IMG/VR virus record: IMGVR_UViG_3300025030_000046
Span: 64,001 to 128,000 of that record
DNA: 64,000 bases
Origin: a virus
Strand: one strand, 5' to 3'
The notes under the pieces: generated by a model
The model's input: only the letters and a program-made list of their open reading frames with translations
What the model was told of the DNA's origin: nothing
The model's database searches: none
Shown here: positions 10,719 through 21,074 of the stretch, piece by piece
How positions within the stretch are numbered: the first letter of the stretch is position 1
Layout of the letters: every line of letters starts with the position of its first letter
Program-made: the position numbers and the translations under genes

Positions 10719-10976
10719 TTAATCAAATTCTAAATTTCTTTGTATCAATTCAATTTCTTCGATATACTCATAAGGAATATTTATCCGATTTTTCCCATCA
10801 TCTAGCCAAATTTCATCAGGTGTTGGGTCAATAGCCACTTCTTTATATGATTTTTTGTAATCTGTCCCATCTGTTTTAATATTTACTATATCCCCTTCCA
10901 TTAAGAATAGTATTTCTCCATTTTGAATTATTGCAACGGCTTCCTGTTGATATGTATTTTTATTAATATTTTTCAT
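10719..10976 (-). CDS. hypothetical protein
   Basis: AGGAGG RBS; 85 aa. Confidence 0.55.
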   Translation of the reverse strand: MKNINKNTYQQEAVAIIQNGEILFLMEGDIVNIKTDGTDYKKSYKEVAIDPTPDEIWLDDGKNRINIPYEYIEEIELIQRNLEFD

Positions 10977-11169
10977 CTTTTTATCCTCCTATTTAATTAA
11001 AATTCTAATTCTATTGTTTAATTTCTAATATTATTCCTATGACTGTTACACCATTTTCAAAATGTGCATAAGCTATACCGTCACTATCTTGCGTTATCCT
11101 CACAACGTCTTCAAATATTCTATTACCTGTAAAAATTACTGTCATATTTTTGTACTCCTGTTATACAAT

Positions 11170-11346
11170 TTACTCAAATCTTTGCTTGATATTATTAATT
11201 ATGTCACCTAATTCGCTAACTGTTATGTCTTCCTTTTCCTGCTCCATATCCCTGCTTATATCAATGAAATTTAATACCTTTTCAAACTCTACCGCTTCAA
11301 GTTCTTTTACTGCTATTTTCGCCAGTTCTGTATTTGATACTATCAT
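11170..11346 (-). CDS. small hypothetical protein (start MIVSN)
   Basis: GGAGG RBS before internal ATG. Confidence 0.5.
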   Translation of the reverse strand: MIVSNTELAKIAVKELEAVEFEKVLNFIDISRDMEQEKEDITVSELGDIINNIKQRFE

Positions 11347-11390
11347 TTTTATTCGCCTCCATTTATACAATTTTACTCAAAATACGGATT

Positions 11391-11876
11391 TTATTTGTTT
11401 ATTGAAATATTATAACCTTGTTTTGTTATGTCGGAAATTAATTCTTTAACTTTTACGCTTAAAATTTGCTCAATTGCTCTTTGCATATGATTAATAAAAA
11501 ATTCTAGTGGATTTTCTGAATTAAATAATCTTTCTTGTGTTAAAGGAAGTTCAAAGTATTCTAACATTCTATCTTTTATTTCATATGAGTATACTATAAT
11601 TCCGTTAAATTCTCTTTCTTCTCCGTCAAGTTCCCAGCTTATTAACTTATTAATATCATAGTTGTTATTATCACTAAAAAGTATGTCTAATTCGGGATAT
11701 TTTAAAATCAATCTACTACAATCATTAGTGTTATACAAGAATAAATCTTCTTTAAACAACTTAAAATTTTCATCTTCTACTATTTTATCAATGTAACTGT
11801 TAATTTCATCTTCGGAGAATTTCTTTGTACAATGCAATATATCTCCTATCATTTCAGGTACTAAAAATTTTATCAT
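11391..11876 (-). CDS. hypothetical protein
   Basis: AAGGAGG RBS; 161 aa; bounded by 5-6-5 sites. Confidence 0.6.
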   Translation of the reverse strand: MIKFLVPEMIGDILHCTKKFSEDEINSYIDKIVEDENFKLFKEDLFLYNTNDCSRLILKYPELDILFSDNNNYDINKLISWELDGEEREFNGIIVYSYEIKDRMLEYFELPLTQERLFNSENPLEFFINHMQRAIEQILSVKVKELISDITKQGYNISINK

Positions 11877-11940
11877 TTTTTTTATTCCTCCTTAAATTTT
11901 GTCCAAATGCTGATTTTAATTGAATCCCGATATATCCCTG

Positions 11941-12543
11941 TTATATAAATTCTACAACTTCTTCCATATAATATCCATCTGCAATTAATTCGCCATCATT
12001 ATAAGTCACTAAGCTGTTATATTGATTTCTAGGCGTTCCGTCACTATTTCTTATATTAATAAGATTATAATATTTTCCGTCAATCCATTTTCCATGCGCT
12101 CCACTGTTGCGATCACTTTGGTTTAATGGTATATTCGTTAACTTAATTTCATTCTCTTTTTTCTGTATTCTTTGTATATCTTTTACATCATAACCTTTAT
12201 TAATTGAGTTAATCCAAACTATTCCACCATCAATTAATTCTGCTCCTGTTGAAGCTTTACCTGCTTGATAAGCCCTATTTACGGCAGACATTACAAGACC
12301 ATACTCTCTACCTGTTAAACAATCCACTAATTCTTTACCAACTAATTTTTTAATGTGCGACATTGTTTCTATGCCTTTGTGACCGTCGAAATTAGCCAAT
12401 ATTCTATCTTCTTTTGTGCCCTTCCTGCTGCTCTTGTTATCTGTTATAGGATTATTTGCACAATCTAAACCATAATTTACAAGCGAACACGTTGAGCAAT
12501 CGTTATTATTTTGTGTACAATATGATTTTTTCATATTCCGCAC
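11941..12543 (-). CDS. hypothetical protein with N-terminal Cys cluster
   Basis: CTQNNNDCSTCSLVNYGLDC; GAGGTG RBS. Confidence 0.6.
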   Translation of the reverse strand: MRNMKKSYCTQNNNDCSTCSLVNYGLDCANNPITDNKSSRKGTKEDRILANFDGHKGIETMSHIKKLVGKELVDCLTGREYGLVMSAVNRAYQAGKASTGAELIDGGIVWINSINKGYDVKDIQRIQKKENEIKLTNIPLNQSDRNSGAHGKWIDGKYYNLINIRNSDGTPRNQYNSLVTYNDGELIADGYYMEEVVEFI

Positions 12544-12748
12544 CTCTTAATATTATTCGGCACTTATTCCCCACCGTTGGTTCAGGTATGCTCTTTTAAT
12601 TGTCATACCTAACAATTTTCTGTCATACCTATATAGTAATCTGTTATAACTTATTATTCAATATATTTTACTTACTTTACCAGTCTACTATTATTATATA
12701 CAATTGTCAATAAATTATTACTATTATTTTATATTTTATTTTATTGTT

Positions 12749-13015
12749 TTAATATTGCTCTACTAATTGTGCTATATTGATATTTAGTACATCGACAAGT
12801 CTTAAAGCTATCTCAAACGCTATAGAGTGTCGTTTTTTAAACTGTCTATACTCATATAATGTTATTAGCTTTATACCTGCTTTTTCTGCAATTTCTGGAA
12901 TTTCTAGCCCTGACATATCAATATATTTAACTATATTTTTTCTGATTATTGTAGGATCAGTGTTATTGTAGTCTGTTATGAGTTGTATTAGTTCCTTTTG
13001 GTCTTGTATGCTCAT
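12749..13015 (-). CDS. XRE-family HTH regulator
   Basis: IPEIAEKAGIKLITLYEY...IALRLVDVLNINIAQL. Confidence 0.7.
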   Translation of the reverse strand: MSIQDQKELIQLITDYNNTDPTIIRKNIVKYIDMSGLEIPEIAEKAGIKLITLYEYRQFKKRHSIAFEIALRLVDVLNINIAQLVEQY

Positions 13016-13059
13016 TGTATTTTCTCCTTTCCTTGCGGTATTTTTGACGGTCTGTTATA

Positions 13060-13293
13060 TTAATATCCTGTTGCAAGTCTGAAGTTCTTTCTTTGTATTA
13101 TATTCTGTTCGTAATAATAGTCACTTTCTGTTATCTCATTAATATCATAATTGTTTTCCCTTGCTTCAATTTCTGCAATTATAGAATCTTTTTCCGATTC
13201 TTTACAGTAGTAAAAATCTGCTCCAACACTCCTATTATTGATTTTTGTATTACATTCTAATTCCATGATCTGATAATATTTATTATTTTCCAT
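13060..13293 (-). CDS. hypothetical protein
   Basis: 77-aa ORF coupled to upstream ORF. Confidence 0.5.
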   Translation of the reverse strand: MENNKYYQIMELECNTKINNRSVGADFYYCKESEKDSIIAEIEARENNYDINEITESDYYYEQNIIQRKNFRLATGY

Positions 13294-13297
13294 TTTA

Positions 13298-13762
13298 TCA
13301 CCATCCTAATTCAATAGTATATCTATTGCCTATTAATAAATCCACTGCTTTTTTCTTGCTTCTGTATAGCCTTGCCGTTATACCATTCTTAAACTTTTTA
13401 TATACTGTTAGTTTATAATGTCCATTTACCACTATTTTTTGACCTTCTACAATCGTGTTATAAATATCTTCAGTAAATATTGGAACACTTTGTTCTTTTT
13501 CAATTTGTCTTTGTATCTTTTCTTTTAGTTGTGGATAATCTTTTAATATATTTTCATCAACTATTATATTATTTCTTAATGCTCTTTCTATTTGTTCCTT
13601 ATGAAAACATTCAAATTCTATTTTGTCGCCTTCTCCATGATATGATTGAGTGTTATATTGATTAAATGATTTATAATGATCAATCATAATATCAACCCAT
13701 TCTTGTTTTGTTACTTCGTGTACTTCTTTCCCGCTCTTTTCAAATTCATCTAATAATGACAT
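13298..13762 (-). CDS. hypothetical protein
   Basis: GGAGG RBS; 154 aa. Confidence 0.6.
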   Translation of the reverse strand: MSLLDEFEKSGKEVHEVTKQEWVDIMIDHYKSFNQYNTQSYHGEGDKIEFECFHKEQIERALRNNIIVDENILKDYPQLKEKIQRQIEKEQSVPIFTEDIYNTIVEGQKIVVNGHYKLTVYKKFKNGITARLYRSKKKAVDLLIGNRYTIELGW

Positions 13763-13836
13763 TTTTATTCCTCCAATACTTTTATATTTCTGTTATAAAT
13801 TTAAATTAAATCATGGTTTTATCGTATTCTACCAAG

Positions 13837-14031
13837 TTATCTAATAATTTCATTTTTATTAATAATAAAATGATCAACTTCTTCAGGTGTGAAATATTTA
13901 TTCATTTCATTAATTGCATTGTAAATTTCATCCATTGGTAAAAATTCATATTCGCTTAATTTGGCTTCTGATTCTTGGTGAGCCTTACTAAGTTTTAAAT
14001 AGTTTATTAATGCCTTTTCTTTCTCATCCAT
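13837..14031 (-). CDS. small hypothetical protein
   Basis: GGAGG RBS; bounded by 5-6-5 sites. Confidence 0.55.
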   Translation of the reverse strand: MDEKEKALINYLKLSKAHQESEAKLSEYEFLPMDEIYNAINEMNKYFTPEEVDHFIINKNEIIR

Positions 14032-14108
14032 ATTAAAACCTCCATGTATTATATTTTGGTTTGTGTTATACCTTAAAATTGGATTTTTATCTTGTTATGC
14101 TTGTCTTT

Positions 14109-14303
14109 TTAATACCATTTAGTAAGACTTTCCATATATTGTGGCGTATCAATTCTTTTATCAATTTTCCTAATATCTTTATAATTTTCTACAATTTCAA
14201 AATCATTAAAGTTTTTTAGTACTATTTGTAAATCTATATTGTCAATATGTCTAATTTCAATAACTTTATTTGTGTTAGTATATATAATTGTTGTCATTTT
14301 CAA
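14109..14303 (-). CDS. small hypothetical protein
   Basis: AGGAGG RBS; bounded by 5-6-5 sites. Confidence 0.5.
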   Translation of the reverse strand: MKMTTIIYTNTNKVIEIRHIDNIDLQIVLKNFNDFEIVENYKDIRKIDKRIDTPQYMESLTKWY

Positions 14304-14691
14304 TCCACCTCCTGTTATAGTCTAATATGAAATAGTAGTTTTATTATGATTTCTTTGTCTCAATACAGTTAAAACAATAAGTTTCTTTTCCTGATTTTAT
14401 TTTCCATCCTTGTTCTTTCGCCCATTTAATCATTCTTGCTTTACTTAAATCCATTCCAGTAGTATCTGATAATTGCCGATCACAATTATTGCAGGATATG
14501 TCAATCCACTTTTGTATCATTTTTACGCCTCCTATTTACTAATAACATTTTGAATACGTTCTTTAATTGTTTTTAACCTATGTTGTTCTGTAAATTCTTC
14601 ATTATCAATTATATTAATAACGTCTTTTAATTCTCTTTCTAATTGTTCGATTTTAAAAAGTATTTCATTAATATTTGTCATTTTTTTCCTC

Positions 14692-14997
14692 CTATATATT
14701 CATATCTTTTTTAATTACATTATTAAAATGTTTCTTTAAATAATTATACATTTTCTTCTGTTCAGCTTTTAGTAAATCAATATCCTTTGTTGTAGCATCT
14801 TCTTTTCCAAATCCTTCAGAGTATATATTATTGTTACAATTATCGTATATTTCTATATAATTATTAATTACTTCTTCTCCTTCTTCTAATTCGGCGTGAT
14901 ATGTTCCATCACCATGCCACAATATTAATATAACTTGAAAATCCTGTATTTTCTTAGTTGCCTCAAGTATTCGCTTTTTAATCTCTAAACTTTGCAT
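14692..14997 (-). CDS. hypothetical protein
   Basis: AGGAGG RBS; 101 aa. Confidence 0.55.
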   Translation of the reverse strand: MQSLEIKKRILEATKKIQDFQVILILWHGDGTYHAELEEGEEVINNYIEIYDNCNNNIYSEGFGKEDATTKDIDLLKAEQKKMYNYLKKHFNNVIKKDMNI

Positions 14998-15051
14998 ACT
15001 CGCCCGCCCTCCTGTATCAAATAACCATTTTAACGTAATTATTCTATCATT

Positions 15052-16641
15052 TTAAGCCAACATTAACAACTTTGAAGCCTCTACTATATAATAATCTTTG
15101 TTGTTCATTACTTTGTTATATGATTGTTCCCCTTCAAATTCATCAACTATTATTCTTTCTTCCTTTGTCATATCTTTATATTTTACATTTCCATAACATG
15201 GAGGCAGCCATCCCTTACGTTGTGAACCATACAAATTAAACTTCTGTAATAAATCTAAGTTTCTAAATTCAATATGACATGTTCCCTTTTTATAAAACGT
15301 CACTAAAAAGTATTTAGTTTCAATTTGTTTTGTTTCCTCATAATGTTCTGCAAATTTTAAAGTTTTCATCAAGTCAATATCTTCTGTTAATCCATTATCA
15401 AGATAATTAAATACTTTTTCAATGTCTGTTAGTTTATTAATAACATTGTAATCCGTTGGCTGATACCTTCCCCATGAATACTGCATATCCCTATAGCCCG
15501 ATAAAGGAATAATTACTTTTTTGTTTATTTTCCATGCTTTATTTGTTTTCCATCCGTTATAAAAATGAATATTGTTTGATGTTTCATTATACCAATGATG
15601 TTTATTAGAAAATTCCTCAAATAAGTTCATTATAGTTGATTCCATACTTTGAATCATGTGTTTATTAAGTTGTATTTTAATAGTGTAAATGTTATATAGT
15701 GAAAAATCATAATCGCATAATTCTTTTACTTTATTGAAATATTCATTTCTTAAATTAGACGTAAACAAGCCCATAAACTTCTCAGAATCAAACAAAGTTT
15801 TCCAATATTTCATTCTAACATTTTTTACATATGAATTATGTATTCCAAGTTCTTGATCGTCTTTTGTATTACAAATCATACTTAAAGAAATTCCCTTGAA
15901 CATTTCAGAATCTAATTTTCGCCATTCTGATATCAATTGTAATCCTGCTTTTACTTCAAAATTATATTGCTCAACTATTGCCTTGATAAAATCTGAATCT
16001 ATAATACTATTACTGTTATATGTTGCTTCCTCTCTATATTGTTCTTGTTTTTTCAGTTCATCTAATATTATGCTATTATTATTCACCTTTTTAATATTAA
16101 TCTTTATTAATGCAATTTCTACAGGTGTTGACCGCTCAGAGTCTATAAAAGAATTATTAATATATTCTATATCTGCATTACACTCTTCTAATTTTCGCTG
16201 TAAATCTTTTCTAGTGCTGTTATATGGATTTTTTAAGGTTTCAGCATTTAATAAGCAAACTATTTGACCGCCATTTTCCTGCATTTTTAGGGCTTTTAGA
16301 AGGTGTTTATCTCCATTGCTGAAAGGTGGATTCATTACAATTAAATCATATTTTTTGTACGTGTTATATGTCAAAAAATCATTGTGTACTATTCTATAGT
16401 TTTTCCCTTGTAAAATGTATTGTAAATTTTGATCAATTTCTATTGTGTCAATATCCCACTTTACATCCTTATTATAACTACTATGTAAATATTTAAATTT
16501 ATCCGCTACCCTTTCAACAATATTCCCTTTTCCCGCTGATGGCTCAAGAACCGAATTTATTAATCTAAAATCTACTAAAGATAACATTTTAGTTATTAAA
16601 TTTGCAGGCGTTGGATAAAAATCTTGATTATCTTTAAACAT
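15052..16641 (-). CDS. N6-adenine DNA methyltransferase with DUF4942-like C-terminus
   Basis: DFYPTP, VLEPSAGKG (SAM binding), IVMNPPF (catalytic), C-terminal FYKKGTCHIEF. Confidence 0.85.
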   Translation of the reverse strand: MFKDNQDFYPTPANLITKMLSLVDFRLINSVLEPSAGKGNIVERVADKFKYLHSSYNKDVKWDIDTIEIDQNLQYILQGKNYRIVHNDFLTYNTYKKYDLIVMNPPFSNGDKHLLKALKMQENGGQIVCLLNAETLKNPYNSTRKDLQRKLEECNADIEYINNSFIDSERSTPVEIALIKINIKKVNNNSIILDELKKQEQYREEATYNSNSIIDSDFIKAIVEQYNFEVKAGLQLISEWRKLDSEMFKGISLSMICNTKDDQELGIHNSYVKNVRMKYWKTLFDSEKFMGLFTSNLRNEYFNKVKELCDYDFSLYNIYTIKIQLNKHMIQSMESTIMNLFEEFSNKHHWYNETSNNIHFYNGWKTNKAWKINKKVIIPLSGYRDMQYSWGRYQPTDYNVINKLTDIEKVFNYLDNGLTEDIDLMKTLKFAEHYEETKQIETKYFLVTFYKKGTCHIEFRNLDLLQKFNLYGSQRKGWLPPCYGNVKYKDMTKEERIIVDEFEGEQSYNKVMNNKDYYIVEASKLLMLA

Positions 16642-16730
16642 TTTTTAAACCTCCTGTAGTGGTTTTTTTAGCTTCTGTTATATCTCTTAAAGGTTTTTTA
16701 TTGCAGAACCTTTATAAACTGCCTGTTATA

Positions 16731-18680
16731 TTAAAATGAAGGTTTATAAGTATTTACAACTGGCTTAATTCCTTGTGATCCAAAATGATTCAATATATCA
16801 TCATATTGTTTCTTGTCACAACTTAAATATTTTGTTGTTGATATTGTCATTCCATTTCTTGATTCTACATCATGTAATACAGTTTCAGGAAGTTCAAGCC
16901 ATCCGCTATATACTAAAAGCGTACTATAAAAATGATTGTAATATTGTTTTCGCTTCCCTTGTGGCGTGTAAGTTATTTTTACAGCATTATCGTATTGTGC
17001 ATATTTTGTATAATTAATTTTATCTAATGTAATTCTATTTTCTGCAATACTTCCCCAATCTGATATGTAAAATAATGTTAGCTTTTGACCTTGTTGCAAA
17101 TCTGCATTTTTAAATTGTTCTTGGATTCCGTCAACCTGTGTTAATAATTTATACATTACAATTTTTAAACTTTCGTTATCTTCTGTTATTTGTTGTATAA
17201 TTTCTTTTGATAATTTTATATTATATTTTTTTAATTGTTCTTTCATAAGTTCTTTATATTGTGTCAAGTTGTCAGTATTCCAAGTATTTATAAGGTTATT
17301 CTCTGTTATAATATCCACTGAAATATCTGTTAATACTTCAGCTTTATTTTTATATTCTTGTATTTGTTCGCCTGTTAAACCCTGTTCTGTTATAAATTCT
17401 TTTTGAATTGTTACATTGTCAGTTAATCCAACATATCTGGCGTAAGAATAGCCTTGAGTATCTACAACGAATTTTAATTCATTATTATAATATATTGCTA
17501 TGCCTGATAAGTTGAATATAACCGTTTTTTGTTCTTCTTTGGTCATGTTGTGATAGTCTATCATACTATTAATTCGTTTATCATCCGTAAAACATCCGCC
17601 GCTATTTTGTAAAAATTCAAAGTCATTCAATAACATATTTGAAAAATAGTTTAATGCTTGTTGACTTGTAAAATGTATTTCCCTAGTGACTTTTAAATTA
17701 TTTAAGTAGTAATCACCTTTTAAAACTTCTTCTTGATATTGTTCTAGCGTATTATTTTTATTTAAATTCGCCATTTTAACATTAATAACAAAATATTGCT
17801 TTTTTTCTTCCAGTTCATTAACTGTTATGCTATTATTAATTATTTCAATTTCTTTCTTTTCTTGTTCCGCTCTTATTTTATACTGCTTATTGTCTTCTTC
17901 TTGTTGTTTTTGTCTTTCTTGATATTCTAATTCCCTTCTTTTTTCCTCTTCTTGTGCTTGTGCTTGTAGTTTGTTTCTGAAGTCTGTTATATCATTTTTT
18001 ATTGATTCGGTTTGTTCGGTTTGATTATATTTATAATCAATTGTAACATGTTTATAAAAATGCTTATGGAAATAATCCGTCATTGTGTCCGAGTCATCAA
18101 AATTATAACTACTTAATAAATCATTACAATATTGAATTATTGCATTTAGTTCTTTGTTGTTTTCTTCTTCGTAATCTCTATATTCAATCGGTCTTAATTC
18201 TGGTGAATATTCAAGTTTAGAATTATTATATGGACTTTCTTTAATTGATACATCAATTTTATTATAATCTGAAGTAATAGAAAATTTAATTTCTTGAAAT
18301 CTTTCTTTTAAATGTTTTCTAATAATTACAGCCGTTTCTTTTGTAGAAATTCCAGTGTAATTACTTCCAACATATTTATAATTATATTTTGTTGTGTCTT
18401 CCGTTCCTTCTGTAAATCGTACTCTATCCCATAGAGATAAATTTATTTTTTCTTTCTTTACTACTGGAATTATTGATTCTGTTATTGATTCCGCTTCAAT
18501 TTTTGAAAACTTTTTCGCCTCTGTTAATGTTCTTTCGTTCTGTTTTGCATACCAACATTTTTTAAAATTATGCCACCTATAACCAACATTTTTTAAACTA
18601 TCAATAATATTTTGTATCGGTTTACTATCAAAATATAATTCTATTCCTTTCAATTCATCATTTAATACTATATTAGTCAT
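16731..18680 (-). CDS. polyvalent protein with LPD29-like domain
   Basis: N-terminal GIELYFDSKP...GYRWHNFKKCWYAK module and IRKHLKERF...KFSITS...YNFDDSDTMTDYF motif. Confidence 0.65.
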   Translation of the reverse strand: MTNIVLNDELKGIELYFDSKPIQNIIDSLKNVGYRWHNFKKCWYAKQNERTLTEAKKFSKIEAESITESIIPVVKKEKINLSLWDRVRFTEGTEDTTKYNYKYVGSNYTGISTKETAVIIRKHLKERFQEIKFSITSDYNKIDVSIKESPYNNSKLEYSPELRPIEYRDYEEENNKELNAIIQYCNDLLSSYNFDDSDTMTDYFHKHFYKHVTIDYKYNQTEQTESIKNDITDFRNKLQAQAQEEEKRRELEYQERQKQQEEDNKQYKIRAEQEKKEIEIINNSITVNELEEKKQYFVINVKMANLNKNNTLEQYQEEVLKGDYYLNNLKVTREIHFTSQQALNYFSNMLLNDFEFLQNSGGCFTDDKRINSMIDYHNMTKEEQKTVIFNLSGIAIYYNNELKFVVDTQGYSYARYVGLTDNVTIQKEFITEQGLTGEQIQEYKNKAEVLTDISVDIITENNLINTWNTDNLTQYKELMKEQLKKYNIKLSKEIIQQITEDNESLKIVMYKLLTQVDGIQEQFKNADLQQGQKLTLFYISDWGSIAENRITLDKINYTKYAQYDNAVKITYTPQGKRKQYYNHFYSTLLVYSGWLELPETVLHDVESRNGMTISTTKYLSCDKKQYDDILNHFGSQGIKPVVNTYKPSF

Positions 18681-18695
18681 TTCAAACGCCTCCGT

Positions 18696-18857
18696 TTATT
18701 TTAAAACATTTCTAATTATTGCAGCCCTTTGCCAAGTTAGTTTATTTTTCATCCATAAATAGAATGTTATGTAGTCTATTCCTATTTTTTCAGCAACTTG
18801 AAACCATGTTAAATTTTTTAGCTTTATTTCTTTTTCAATTTCATTATTTGGATACAT
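18696..18857 (-). CDS. small HTH protein
   Basis: LTWFQVAEKIGIDYITFYLWM; GGAGG RBS. Confidence 0.6.
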   Translation of the reverse strand: MYPNNEIEKEIKLKNLTWFQVAEKIGIDYITFYLWMKNKLTWQRAAIIRNVLK

Positions 18858-18886
18858 TTTATTACCTCCTAAAATCCATATCAAAG

Positions 18887-19138
18887 TTATATTTTATTAA
18901 AAATTGGATATTTTTGTTCAATTACATTGCTGAGTATTTTTGAATATTTCGCATTGTGGAAAATTGCTGTGCATACTGTTATAAACCTTGCTTGATTTTC
19001 TGAAAATGCATTACCATTGTTTAATTTGTTATCAAATAAACTTGATAACCACACTTTATTTGAATCAATTCTTGTATATTTCTCTTTTTTAGGTAGTAAT
19101 AAATGCCAGTTATTTTTGATTACGTCCGAATAAACCAT
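18887..19138 (-). CDS. hypothetical protein
   Basis: 83-aa ORF with RBS. Confidence 0.5.
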   Translation of the reverse strand: MVYSDVIKNNWHLLLPKKEKYTRIDSNKVWLSSLFDNKLNNGNAFSENQARFITVCTAIFHNAKYSKILSNVIEQKYPIFNKI

Positions 19139-19168
19139 TTTTTCCCCACTCTCCTTATCTGTTATTTG

Positions 19169-19816
19169 TTATACTGCTAATAATTCATTTAATATTTTTA
19201 GATCTGAATTATCCCAATTTAGCTCGATATGGTTTAATATATATGGTTTGTATGTTTCAATATTATTCTTAATTGTATCAAGATAACCGCTATTATTTTG
19301 TCGTGGGATAATTCTATTTTCATTTATAAAAAACATATCAAATAAGTTGTAAATAACCGCTATACCATCATTATTATATTTTGTTTGTATTTCTTTTTTA
19401 ATAGATTCTATTTTATCCCTATATGTTTTTATTTCTTCTTGTTTTTTGGTTTCTTCTTGTTGCTTTATGCCTCTGTTATAGTAAATCTCAATTGTAGTTG
19501 TGTTCATGTTAATAAAAAATTTATCAAGAAATAATTTTTTCCAATATATGTCGCAAGTTTCGTTATGCAAATAAAATAATATTTTTTCAACATAATTTAC
19601 TATAGATACATATTCCTTTTTATCATACGCCATATGTATATTATTAGCCTCATATATAATACTATTATTGTCTGTATTTACTATTTTAATATCTGTTATA
19701 ATGTCATATGTTTCATTTAATGTACTGTTATATTCTGCAACTTTTGCAATAATTCTATAATTATATTCCTCATATATCCCTATAAATTTATTATCATGCA
19801 ATGTTTTAGTAATCAT
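19169..19816 (-). CDS. hypothetical protein
   Basis: 215-aa ORF with AAGGAG RBS. Confidence 0.6.
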   Translation of the reverse strand: MITKTLHDNKFIGIYEEYNYRIIAKVAEYNSTLNETYDIITDIKIVNTDNNSIIYEANNIHMAYDKKEYVSIVNYVEKILFYLHNETCDIYWKKLFLDKFFINMNTTTIEIYYNRGIKQQEETKKQEEIKTYRDKIESIKKEIQTKYNNDGIAVIYNLFDMFFINENRIIPRQNNSGYLDTIKNNIETYKPYILNHIELNWDNSDLKILNELLAV

Positions 19817-20285
19817 ATTGATAAAATCTCCTTTTCATCAAATTTGTTATACTGCAAAGAATAAATACGACCTGTTATACTATATTATATGTTTTATATT
19901 TTGCTTTTATAACTGCCAGAAATTTCTATTTGTTAAATATAAACATATAATATTAATTAATATTGATTCTATAAAAATATATGCTATAATATTCTTGAAT
20001 ACTTTTAAAAGCTTTTTGCTTTTTGGCTTGTTATAATTTACAGGATTATAGCAAGTTTTTTCTATTAATGCATATATAGTCATTAGTTTTTTATTCTCCT
20101 TTCGTTGGTATCTTTTTACGGCTTGTGTGGTTTATTCCTTGCAATTTTTACGTTCTATGGATTGCATAATTTTATATTTTGCTTTATGCAATCTAACAAC
20201 ATAAAAATGTAATTTTATACACATTCGCCAGACTCAAGTATATCAAATCCAGTTTCTACCATAAAATTGCTTCTGCTCTTTAAAA

Positions 20286-20501
20286 TTATTTATTTATTAA
20301 AAAAATTGCAGTATCCTTTACTTCAAATTCATAATTAAAAATTACATTATTCTTATAATTAATAACAAAAGTAGCCATTTTACCATAATAACTTTTTATG
20401 GAACTAGCTGGAATTTTATAGCCCTTATTAATTGCAAATTGTATCATATTGTCATTAATGCAATTTATGTGTAATTTTTTTGACACCATTAATTCAGTCA
20501 T
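20286..20501 (-). CDS. small hypothetical protein, first gene of the leftward operon
   Basis: GGAGG RBS downstream of the promoter at 20569-20597. Confidence 0.55.
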   Translation of the reverse strand: MTELMVSKKLHINCINDNMIQFAINKGYKIPASSIKSYYGKMATFVINYKNNVIFNYEFEVKDTAIFLINK

Positions 20502-20568
20502 TTTTCATTCCTCCAATTATTTAATATAAAATGTCAATTTGATTATGTATTACTTAACCTTATAACTA

Positions 20569-20615
20569 ATTATAACATAGCTATTTTAATATTGCAATAC
20601 TAATTTTATATTTTA
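20569..20615 (-). promoter_or_regulatory. leftward sigmaA promoter with upstream TAAAATATAAAA box
   Basis: TTGCAA (20597-20592), 17 bp, TATAAT (20574-20569); box at 20604-20615. Confidence 0.6.
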
Positions 20616-21060
20616 TATCTATAATATTAATATGCAATTGATTGATATATTATTCATATTAATTCATTTAATACAATGGTATTTGGAGGCTGTGAGAGGC
20701 TTATGGTTAGACTTTTATTGTGTTTATAGTTAAGTATGTATCTATTGCATATTTATTGATTTATAATAGTGTTTTTAAGGGATAAATTTTACCAGTTATT
20801 AATTGTTAACTTTATATTAACTATATATTGATTATATGAGATTCTTAATATTATAGTCGTTGTATATTAAAGGAATGGAATATTCCAGAATGTGAATGTA
20901 TTCTAATTATTTAGTTATGATAATATAACTATTATATTTATATAAGTATTAGAAAACAGTTGGCAAAAATGATAGTTTAGGCAATAAAGTTATTCGCTGA
21001 AGAGTCTTTGAAAGTGTAAAGCTTAATAGCTTGACATATAAATTGGCGATTAATTCAGCA

Positions 21061-21074
21061 CGAACATGTGTTTC
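21061..21074. promoter_or_regulatory. Firmicute LexA/DinR (SOS) box
   Basis: CGAACATGTGTTTC matches the B. subtilis consensus CGAACRNRYGTTYC at all positions. Confidence 0.5.

Noticed and set aside
15052-16641. Complete restriction-modification system
   Set aside because: No adjacent restriction endonuclease or specificity subunit
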